A stretch of DNA of 61,922 bases, counting the filler, from Stramenopiles sp. TOSAG23-2 (lineage: Eukaryota), in the NCBI GenBank assembly GCA_900128395.1. It is 4 parts of 4 records of this genome, joined end to end, with 100 filler letters (N's around TTAATTAATTAA, not from the genome) between each part and the next. Parts side by side here need not be neighbours in the genome. Positions count along the whole stretch, not along the records: positions 15,534 to 30,956 come from LT649709.1; positions 31,057 to 46,456 come from LT649710.1; 2 more parts are not named here. One strand, given 5' to 3'. Of this stretch, positions 24,417 through 34,272 are shown one piece after another (positions within the stretch are counted from its first letter, which is position 1; the number at the start of each line of letters is the position of its first letter). A model generated the notes under the pieces. It did no database searches, was not told where the DNA came from, and saw only the letters and a list, made by a program, of their open reading frames with translations. A program made the position numbers and the translations under genes.

Positions 24417-24664
24417 GATTAATTGAGTATACGTGTGATGTTTCTATTAGATTGTTATACCTATATTTATTTGCTTCTAAAGTATATCTTATATATATAT
24501 ATATGAATGTTTAGATAGACATTTATTCAACATAAAAATTTAAACATGATTAATTGAGTATACGTGTGATGTTTCTATTAGATTGTTATACCTATATTTA
24601 TTTGCTTCTAAAGTATATCTTATATATATATATATGAATGTTTAGATAGACATTTATTCAACAT
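24403..24664. repeat. Perfect tandem duplication, 131-bp unit
   Basis: Units start at 24403 and 24534. Confidence 0.88.
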
Positions 24665-24769
24665 ATTTCTAATTTTATTAATTATTAATTACACCATTGT
24701 TGCGTATATTGGCACATTGTTGTTGTGATTATTGTTGTGCTTTGCTGCTTTGCACCTTTGTGCTTTGTG

Positions 24770-24935
24770 CTTTGTTTGTGCCTTCTGGCCTTCCAGCCTT
24801 TTTTCCAGGATTGCTCCAGACACAGATTAAGATTGCTGGATTGCCAGATTGCGGATGCTGTGTCCAGGCTGTCTGTGGGATGTGCGGATGCCAGCTGGCC
24901 AGGATGCCACACAGAGGGATTAGGATGCGGGCCCA
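24770..24935. promoter_or_regulatory. GC-rich island with GATTGC/GGATGC/CCAG repeats; candidate bidirectional promoter
   Basis: Lies between the divergent golgin and nexin starts in otherwise very AT-rich DNA. Confidence 0.4.
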
Positions 24936-25161
24936 AATAATAAATACAAGTACAGTACCTATAATAATACTGTGTAAGCAATCCAGCAATCCTATACCTC
25001 CAGCACAATAAATGTAAATGGTGCAAGGTGCAAGTTTATTATTTATTATATTTATTATTATTATTCTCGTCGATCAAATATATATTGTCGTAAATTCCTC
25101 CAAGGAAATTTATAAAGAAACTGATACAAGACTTGAATTCCTTCATCTATCTATTATAAGC

Positions 25162-25339
25162 TATATATATATTCAACATGGGGGCATTATTGTCGCGGCT
25201 CTGGAAAGAGCATAGTCTCAAAATTATATCTGTATGTATTATATGTGTTGTATATATATATTCAACATGGGGGCATTATTGTCGCGGCTCTGGAAAGAGC
25301 ATAGTCTCAAAATTATATCTGTATGTATTATATGTGTTG
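25162..25339. repeat. Perfect tandem duplication, 89-bp unit, covering the nexin start codon
   Basis: Units start at 25162 and 25251. Confidence 0.88.
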
Positions 25340-28300
25340 CAACGTTAGATCCAAGGAAAATATTATATCATTTAATATCTTCGACACGGAACGTAATATT
25401 ATCTGGTGTTGGTATTGTTGCCGCAGTAGCTATGGTTTTAACTGTGCGCGAAGCATATATTATATTGCAGGAAAACAAACGACAAGAAGAATTATTAGCG
25501 AAGCAGAAAATTGATGATAGAAAAAATGCGAATGTGTTTAAAAATGCACGTGAAAAATTGGATAGAATGATTCGGCGTGGTGGGAAAAAAAGATTATTAT
25601 CTTGTTCATTGTTTTTAAACGATGTTTGTAATATGCCTTCTTCCGTATCTAATCAATTAGGGGAATTAGTTGAATTGTTTGTTCGAGATTTTATATGTAA
25701 TTGGTGGGTTAATATTGGCACAGATTATACATTTGTTGATGATGTACGTTTGACTACTTTAGGGGCTGTTGTAGAAATATCAAGACGAGCAAGCACCGTG
25801 AACGTTCCAGTTTTTTTAGCAACCGATGCATTGGAAGCTTTGCGACATCATATTATATGGTTTAAAGAGTTATCTAGACGAGTAGCTTCAAAGCATTCAG
25901 CTCGGACGGTAATGGGTTCAGTCAACACTACTTTTTTTGAAGATAGAAACCGATTGATAGAAGCCGCTTTAAGAAGTGAAGGTCGAATGCATGTTGCATG
26001 TGAATCAAAAGAAGCTGAATTAGAATATTTACGACATATAACAAATGAAATATTAGCAAGAATTTTAACTAATAAAGATTATGAATGCCCAATGATTCGA
26101 CATTTATTTCGAGAAGCACTAGCGCAAACAGTATTTTTGCCTATTTTTACTAATTTTTCGGAACCAGATTATATGAACTGGATCATTGAAAAGATTTTTG
26201 ACGACACGCCTACGAAAGAAGAAGAAGAAAAAGATACGGAAAATGAAACAAATGTGATAGGAGAGAAAGATCACGTTGATGGAAATAATATAAATGACGA
26301 CCGAAATAAATATAGTAATGTAAAAAATGATGAGAAAATAAGCCAAAGGTATTATGCTGGTGTCATGTCAAATAAGTTAGCGGGAAAATATTTAAGTGGT
26401 ATGCCTGCATGTACATTTTTAATACGAAGAGATGAAATTAATTTAAATACTTACATTATATCCTCAGTTGGATATGTAAATAGTAAAGCTCGAAAAGTGG
26501 AAATGAAAAATAAAGATCATATTATTGGTGAATTTGGCCGTGCACGAACAGTATCTGCACCGGAAATGGTTGCCAACGTGACAGCGAAGCTTTCTGTTTC
26601 TCATTGGTATGTGCGTTTGCATAATAGTATATTCCATTTAATTGGCCAAGATACGATGGAAACAAATAATAATAATAATAACGATTTGCTGGAAAATGTA
26701 TTGTATCGTGGAAATACAATGACTAGTATATTGTACCATATGAAATCCCGCTTTGTTGCCGGGTTGCATTTTGTTGATGGTAAAGCGCCAACATTTGAAA
26801 TTTTACCATGGTCTATCTCGCGGTATTTAGATGTGAATTCGTTACCAATCTGTAAAATTATATTTAAAAAAAACAAAGATTCTGTTGTTGTAGATAACGA
26901 TAGAGAAAATGTTTATGTTGAAATAATGTCTCGTGCTGATATTGTCCGTAGAAAAAGTATTAAAAATGAATCAATGCAGGATGTATTAAATGAAGAATAT
27001 GCGACAGGGGGGAAATTAGATGAGTCTGTTGTCGATGATAATGTCTCGTGCTGATATTGTCCGTAGAAAAAGTATTAAAAATGAATCAATGCAGGATGTA
27101 TTAAATGAAGAATATGCGACAGGGGGGAAATTAGATGAGTCTGTTGTCGATGAAAATCATATAGAGGAACAAAAACGTAGACAAACAATGCAAGATTTTA
27201 GCTTTTTAGGTTTCGCTGGAGATAAAGAGGAAATAGATTTCTTAATTAACAATGCTTCAAAAACAACAACAGCGTCTTCGTCAAGCGCATCAACTCCGAG
27301 CAATTCACCGAAAAAAAATATTAGGAAAAGTAGCACAAACGTTGGTAATGCAAATAATGATAATAATGATAATAATAATGTTGATAATAATACTAGTAAT
27401 ATTGATGCAACGTTTGATGATTCATATTTAGATCGTAAAGCATCGTACTTAAGAGATGTTACAAAACATCTAAATGACGATAGTGTATATGATGATCCAA
27501 ATAATATACAAAAAATAAATGAAAAAAAAAGGAAAGAATTCCGACAACGACTTTTAAATGAACTAGAATTAGCATTGAGTAAAGCTCAGAATGATTATTG
27601 TTCAGGCGATTTAAAAAATGATATGCTTGAAAAACACCATAAAAGTGTACGTAATTTAGTATATGCAATTGAAAATATACTATTATTTGGCTTGAAAAAG
27701 AAAGAACAAAATGATGGAAGTTCGAAACTGTCATATTGGTCATATTTGTCAAGTATATCCAAAATTTCAAGCGATGCTGATTTAGTTGTAGAAATGATTG
27801 GCCAAATGTCAAATATTGAGATACTTACAAAGGATACGTTTTGGGAGGAAAAGAAAACATCTGATCAGGAAAAAGAGGGGACAATCACATCAACACTTAT
27901 GGAGGCAAATGCAGAATACATACAAAATTTAGGTAAAAGTCGTGCCTTTTTAATCGTTGGACTAAATAAAAGTTTATTGACTACAGATTTAACATATTTA
28001 ATGAAAGATAAACCAGCAACTGATCGATATTATGAACCATATTCCATCGTTTCCTCCGCAAAAGACAAAAAGTATTTCATGGCTCAATTAGACATTTTAA
28101 TGACAATGGAATTCAATATAAATATGAATGACGTATGGGATGTTAACAGTGATGATTTAATCAACCAGGAAAAAGCGAAAGTGCTAGCTCGAACCAAGCG
28201 AAATTCACAAGAGCATCGTAAGAAATTACAAGAAGAAATCGAGAAAAATAATAACACAAGATCCGTTTTGCGAAAGTTAAGCGCTGGTAGTAGTAGCAAA

Positions 28301-30166
28301 GTTAAAGATATTGGCCGTAAATTGATGAAATTGAATTTGTTTGGTAACAAACCAATACCCAAAAAACGCGCAAGTAGTACTGGGGATAAAAGCAATAATA
28401 ATAATGATACCAATGAAAAGGATGATGATAGTAATGATAAAGGATTTGAGGAAGAGATCCAAAAATTAAAGGGCAAAGGAAGTGGTAAACAGCGAAAGCA
28501 GCGTATTAATAGTAATAACAGTAGTAATACAAAAAGGAAGAAAAAGAAGAATATTCGGCAAAATAGTTTATGGATCGGGCCAGATGGCCCAGAAGTAGAT
28601 GGAAATAATGTTCCAATTGAAAGCCCAATTAATTCTGATGGAAAAAGACGTAATCGTACTTCAATGTTAACATCAAATGGTCGTGAAAGCATTAATGGTT
28701 TAGGGCAAATAAAATTAGAAGAGATTAATGGACCGTTTTCTATCATTTTACGAGCAGAGGTTACCCATGCTTCATTAGTCGATAGTGAAAAAAAGACATC
28801 CTTTTTTCAAAACAATCAACCACATGTCGAATACCATATTCGAGTGCAATCAACTGTTACGATTGGGGACTATGAATCAGTTGATACGTGGGAAATTACT
28901 CAACGATATCGAGTTTTTTTTCAATTGCACAGAACGTTGAAAAGTACATATAAATTAAGAATCTCCTTGCCACCGAAGCAATTAGCTTTATTTAGTGCTG
29001 AAAAATTTGATCGTCGATTTTTAGAGACAAGACGTGTTGCTTTAAATACATATTTAAATGAAATATTAGCTCATCCAGCAGCTAGTCACTCCAATTATGT
29101 GCTTGCATTTTTAGATGTACCTAATAATGTATCGGAATGGAAGTCTGTTTGGAAAAGGATGAAAGAACGTGATACAGAATCTTTTATTTTTAATTCTAGC
29201 CCTAGAAAGAAACGTTCTGCTCGCTTTGGTGGCGACAATAATAATGGTATTAATAATAATATTAATAATAATAATAATATCTCTACCATCAATGAGATCG
29301 ATGTTGGTAGAAGTAAAAGTCACCATGTGTCATCTACATTTAATACTAATGATAATTATATCAATAATGGAAATAATAATAATGAACGATCAATATCGCT
29401 TAATGCAACTGGAGATAAACACTATACTAATAGTAACAATAACAATGATAATGACAATAATAAAAAGCACGTGGAAAAAAAATTAGCATCAAACAATAAT
29501 CTAAGCAATAAAAAAAATGAAAAAGGAAAGAAATTATTAAATAATAAAATAAACATTAGTAACAAATCTTCCTCCCGTAATAATGTTAAGAATAAAAAGA
29601 AGAAATCGAAAAAACCTACCAGACTAACAACTACCATTGAAATGGCATCTGTTGAACATCATATATTTAATCTTGCAAGAGAAATCTTTGAAATTGATGA
29701 TTTGAGTTTAATGAGGCGTAAATTTGTAAATATCATGCATGGTTTTATGAATATTACAAGCAAAGGTAGTGCATATAATTATTTGAATAATGTCTTGGGA
29801 CATATGGTAGAAACAGAAAAAATAGCAGATACAGTGAAATTATTAAAAGATTATTTATGGCCAAATGGCGAGTGGGATGACGAACCTGTCCCGGAGGATA
29901 CACCAGAAGTAATGTTGGCAAGGCGTGAAAAATCATTAGAACATTTGCGAAATAATGTACCTGAAAGTTTAGAAAATTTGTTCACAAAAAATAAATGCCA
30001 AGATGGAATTAATACGTTGCATGATTTCTTGCAATGTAAAATCCTGGTGAAGAATTTTCTTTATACATTTGTTGATCTACTTTTATTGAAATTATTTGAC
30101 GATATATCAGTTGTTGGTTTGCATCAAGTTAGGAAAAAGAGGAAAGGGATGGAAGTGTTGTTGTGA
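25267..30166 (+). CDS. PXA-family sorting nexin: TM-TM-PXA-SH2-like-RUN-PX-Nexin_C (split by a 115-bp duplication)
   Basis: PXA: VRDFICNWW, ELEYLRHIT, SEPDYMNWII; SH2-like: YYAGVMS..AGKYL..P.CTFLIR; RUN: AIENILLFGLK, GKSRAFLIVGLNK, RYYEPYSI; PX: QRYRVFFQLH, LPPK, FLETRRVALNTYL; Nexin_C: DYLWPNG, LHDFLQCKILVKNFLY. Confidence 0.88.
26923..27152. repeat. Perfect tandem duplication, 115-bp unit, frameshifts the nexin gene
   Basis: Units start at 26923 and 27038. Confidence 0.9.
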
Positions 30167-30275
30167 ATATTTTTTAATTTTTTTTATATTTGATGTACAT
30201 GTATGTTATATTATATATATATAAATATATTTTTTTTAAATTTTTACGAGTATATATCCTCGTATATATATATTA

Positions 30276-30332
30276 TGCAAGTGTCAACGTCAGCAGCAGT
30301 TTCTTTTTACTGAAGACACGTCATTCACTCAA
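30276..30332 (-). ncRNA. Candidate eukaryotic SECIS element (cis-acting 3' UTR RNA structure)
   Basis: Minus strand: gagtga-ATGAC-GTGTCTTCAGT-AAAAAGAAACT-GCTGCTGACGT-TGAC-acttg; AUGA/GA core, 11-nt helix II (9 of 11 paired including GU), unpaired apical AA run; starts about 45 nt after the stop. Confidence 0.75.
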
Positions 30333-30373
30333 TATTCTAGACTAGTTCAAATAATAATCATATATGTACAATT

Positions 30374-30673
30374 TTATAAACTACTTTCCTCTGGTACTAA
30401 AACAAATTGCTGAATTTTAAAAGGCATCCAACAACCTTCAGGATCCGTAGGTATAAATTCGTTTTTACCGGGCTGTTTAATTTCAAAAACATGAAGCCAC
30501 TTGTTGGTTTTTGCTTCACCAATTAGTTTCTTCATATCCACTACTTCTCCACGGAGAGTTGCATTACATTTTGGCCAATTACCATGGGCTGATCTTCCAG
30601 TTGGTGAACGCCAAAACATACCTGATCATCCACCACCTTGTTTCTTCATAATAAATGTTTGATGTTTTGACAT
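30374..30673 (-). CDS. Putative small selenoprotein (99 aa, Sec16 encoded by UGA at 30628-30626)
   Basis: aaaatcATG start, MSKHQTFIMKKQGGG-TGA-SGMFWRSPTG... in frame with the tracked 81-aa ORF; SECIS-like hairpin downstream. Confidence 0.75.
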
Positions 30674-30901
30674 GATTTTAACGTTTAATTTTATTTGATT
30701 TCTTTATTAATTCAATGAATCAAATCTCTTAATGTTTGTTAGCAAATACGATGTGTTTTTATTATGAATGTATTTCGGCATGCTCGTGCATCGACTAAAA
30801 GAACAACAATTGAACAACAACTTCTTTCTTGTATATACTTGTTTATACCAAAATCGTCATCAATCATCATCTTTTTCTGGCATTTTATTACCTTAACATT
30901 G

Positions 30902-30956
30902 TGCATTGATTCATTTTTAATACTTTTTCTACGGACAATATCAGCACGAGACATTA
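30902..30956 (-). repeat. 55-bp inverted copy of 26924-26978 at the contig end (assembly-graph overlap)
   Basis: Exact reverse complement, exactly 55 nt, ending at the linker. Confidence 0.9.
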
Positions 30957-31056
30957 NNNNNNNNNNNNNNNNNNNNNNNNNNNNNNNNNNNNNNNNNNNN
31001 TTAATTAATTAANNNNNNNNNNNNNNNNNNNNNNNNNNNNNNNNNNNNNNNNNNNN
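30957..31056. other. Artificial contig linker
   Basis: N44-TTAATTAATTAA-N44. Confidence 0.98.
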
Positions 31057-31547
31057 ATAAATGCATTCATTTTGTGAATGATGGTTGTTGTTATTGTGGA
31101 TTTACTGTCGTCTACACAACATGTTTTTATGTTATGTATATAGTATATAGTTTCTATTTTACTTTATATATTTTGAAAAATGTTGAAAGACTTTTTTCCT
31201 TTGTTGTTGTTTGTTGTTGCTGTTCCTGGTGTTGTTGCTTGTTGTTGTTGTTGTTTGTTTTTTTTTTTTTTTTCTTCTTCTTTTCTATTTCTTTTCTTTT
31301 TTTCAGTGAGAAAAACCCTAATTAGAACACCTGGAACACAATGTGTACAATACAGGAGGCCAATTGTTAAATTACCACTTAGATGTAATACGATTTACAA
31401 TATTGTATTGTATGAAGCTGTACAAACTATATGCTGAAAATATACGTCAATGCGCTTCTAATGGTGCTTTTTGTACTGATATGCATTATGTTCAGGAATA
31501 TCATTAAACATTTGTTGTATACTTTGATCGAAAGCATTCATGTTTGA

Positions 31548-32417
31548 CCAAGCATATTAAATATAGATGGATACGAAGGAATAGGTCTTGGACCGTATGC
31601 AGGCTTCAAATATTTGCTTCTCTGGGTGTCTTTCTTATTGTTGAGTACCATCATTGTCAACATTCTAATTGCTGTCATTAGCGATGGGTTTGAAATTCAT
31701 AAAGACAAACAACGATTGCGGACCAAAAGCGGAGAAACATTGATTCTGTATGCTTTTCGCCGATTGGTATATCTAATCTTTTTTCAATTATTTTCATGTT
31801 GCAAAAACAACAAAAGACCTTGGATAAAAAAAATTCGCTTCGCATCATCAAAACATGCAAAAATATTGTTGAAATATACCGACGCTCTTCCAGACGGCAT
31901 GGTATTCGATCAGAAATTGCAAACCGAAGTTTTGCGTACAATTATTGGGCAAAGAGATAATGATAGGACTGGCAAAAGGGCAATGCGCATTGTCAGGACA
32001 AAGTCTTTATCAATCAAGAAAATTACCAAAGTAGATGTTGTTAATTCAGACGAAACTGTATCGTATGAAACAACCCATGAATTTTTTTCGCATATACAGT
32101 CCGAAAAATCTTTACGGCTAGTCATTGATACCATATTTGATCTCGCTGATGCAGAAACAGAAAAAAAAGCTTTTGAGACAAAGGATGTTTACAATAAAAT
32201 TTGGGATTTGTACAAGCATACAGACGAAGAAAGAGGAAGAAAAGAAGAATCTAGAGTGCAAGGCAATCATGTGAGGAAGGTGGTAAAGCCAATGGAAGCA
32301 AGGATAAACGTGAAAATGGAGCAAATGAAAAGTGAAATGCAAGAAATGAAAACGAACATGGGTAAAATGGAAATGAAAATGGACCGCATCTTGGCGCTGC
32401 TGACCAAGAAAGCTTAA
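31548..32417 (+). CDS. 3' fragment of a polycystin-2/TRP-like cation channel
   Basis: S6-like SFLLLSTIIVNILIAVISDGF; terminal coiled coil MEQMKSEMQEMKTNMGKMEMKMDRILALL; no start codon, S1-S5 absent. Confidence 0.65.
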   Translation, partial: PSILNIDGYEGIGLGPYAGFKYLLLWVSFLLLSTIIVNILIAVISDGFEIHKDKQRLRTKSGETLILYAFRRLVYLIFFQLFSCCKNNKRPWIKKIRFASSKHAKILLKYTDALPDGMVFDQKLQTEVLRTIIGQRDNDRTGKRAMRIVRTKSLSIKKITKVDVVNSDETVSYETTHEFFSHIQSEKSLRLVIDTIFDLADAETEKKAFETKDVYNKIWDLYKHTDEERGRKEESRVQGNHVRKVVKPMEARINVKMEQMKSEMQEMKTNMGKMEMKMDRILALLTKKA

Positions 32418-32823
32418 CCTGGCAACCTGGCTCGATTAGTTATTTGCCGACGTTCAGCTTATCGACTGCAACAGAAACAAAATATTATTAAACAAAACAA
32501 CATTTAAATTAGAATAATTATTTATATTTTCACTAAATGTTAAGGTTTTTCATCGACCTATTTAGCATATAAATAGCACTTGATTTTATTTATATAATGA
32601 GGAGAGAGGACAATCACCACATAAATATTGAAATACACATAATATCTCTAGATCCAATGGATACATCTATCCACAGAAAAAGCAACGGAATTAGCATAAA
32701 AAACCGAATAGAATAAATGCATCTATATATAGTACGGGGACAAATTGATTTAAATACCGTATAACCAAGAAGAAACGTAAAAAAAGTATAAACAGAGAGA
32801 CTGAGACTAAGAAAAAAAACCAC

Positions 32824-33597
32824 ATGGCAACTATCGCCACATTGAGTAATGACAACATTAACAGAAAGAAAGAAAACAAAATAACCATTAACAAATTATT
32901 AATATCGACCGATGCACCTATGTATGAATATTACGTGGTATTGGATTTTGAAGCCACTTGTTGTGATAAAAATACGATTCCAAAAGGCTCTGTAGAAATC
33001 ATTGAATTTCCTTCTGTATGTATCGATGCAAGGGATAGGTTGAATCCAAAAGTTGTATCAGAGATACAACTGTATGTAAAACCAGTTTTATACCCAAAAT
33101 TAACAAAATTTTGTACTGAACTTACCGGTATAAACCAAGAAACAGTTGATCACGCAGATAATTTTCCTGTTGTATATAAAAAATATATCGATTGGTTACA
33201 GAATGATTGTAAATTCGATGTATATAGCAAGACACCAAATTTTTCTTTTGTTACTTGTGGTGATTGGGATTTAAAAACGGCATTGCCGCAAGAGTTAAGC
33301 TATCCACATCATCAACATTTAACATCAATTCATTGTTTTCGACAATTTGTAAATATAAAAAAAATCTTTACCAAGTTTTATCAAAGAAAAGCACGTGGGA
33401 TGGCGCATATGTTAAACTTGTTAGATATGGAATTAATTGGTAAACACCATTCAGGTATAGATGATTGTAGAAACACGGCAAACATATTGATTAAAATGTT
33501 AAAAGAAGGATCCATGGTCGAAACCACTTTTAATCAAAATAGTACTGGGGGGAAAAATGGTGTAAACACCATCACCATTAATGGTGTATTCTTATAA
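32824..33597 (+). CDS. ERI1-family DEDDh 3'-5' exoribonuclease (ERI3-like)
   Basis: VVLDFEATC, EIIEFP, LTKFCTELTGI, VTCGDWDL, HHSGIDDCRN. Confidence 0.93.
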   Translation: MATIATLSNDNINRKKENKITINKLLISTDAPMYEYYVVLDFEATCCDKNTIPKGSVEIIEFPSVCIDARDRLNPKVVSEIQLYVKPVLYPKLTKFCTELTGINQETVDHADNFPVVYKKYIDWLQNDCKFDVYSKTPNFSFVTCGDWDLKTALPQELSYPHHQHLTSIHCFRQFVNIKKIFTKFYQRKARGMAHMLNLLDMELIGKHHSGIDDCRNTANILIKMLKEGSMVETTFNQNSTGGKNGVNTITINGVFL

Positions 33598-34066
33598 TTC
33601 ATTGCAACTACCGCAGTCCACCAGTACGTGTATTATAATTCTCAAGAGATGTAGTATATATATTATATATATATATATTTATATATTTAATGTCATGTAA
33701 GCAAAAAATCTTTTCCCCTAACATTTTGTAATTTATAATAATATATACGTAATAATTATTATATTTTCTATTATTGAAATTTTACTTATACCATCACATC
33801 ATCATTTATTTATTATTAATATTATTATTAATTTTTGCTAATATTTTATATGATGTGTTGTTAGAGATATAATATATATTTATTATTGCACTCCTCCTCC
33901 TCCAGAGCTCCACAGAAGTATTATTATCATCCATCATAATCATAGCAATAATATATTTATTCCATTGGAACTAGATATATACATATGCATATCACATATT
34001 ATAAAAACAACCCAATCGCTCACATAACCAAAACATCCTTTAACTTTCCAATACACAAACTCATAC

Positions 34067-34272
34067 ATATATATACACACAATTATGGAGGACTTAATAA
34101 TAGAGGACAAATTGATCATGGTACCATATCATAAATCATTTTCTAACATGTTGCGTTCCATTGGTCAATATATATACACACAATTATGGAGGACTTAATA
34201 ATAGAGGACAAATTGATCATGGTACCATATCATAAATCATTTTCTAACATGTTGCGTTCCATTGGTCAATAT
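34067..34272. repeat. Perfect tandem duplication, 101-bp unit, covering the AAA start
   Basis: ATG copies at 34085 and 34186. Confidence 0.88.

Noticed and set aside
12855-27152. Programmed frameshifting or pseudogenes in ABC, PRORP and nexin
   Set aside because: Each frame break coincides exactly with a perfect two-copy duplication, and catalytic motifs are otherwise intact.
23417-29637. Leu/Ile-rich antisense ORFs
   Set aside because: These are shadows of (AAT)n poly-Asn tracts on the coding strand.
30626-30628. Genome-wide UGA-to-Trp/Cys reassignment
   Set aside because: TGA terminates TMEM43, the nexin, the AAA ATPase, eIF2B-beta and GH28 at expected ends, and Trp is TGG throughout.
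32695-32823. Second selenoprotein via the in-frame TGA (32746) upstream of the exonuclease
   Set aside because: There is no ATG between the upstream TAG and the TGA, and I saw no SECIS downstream.
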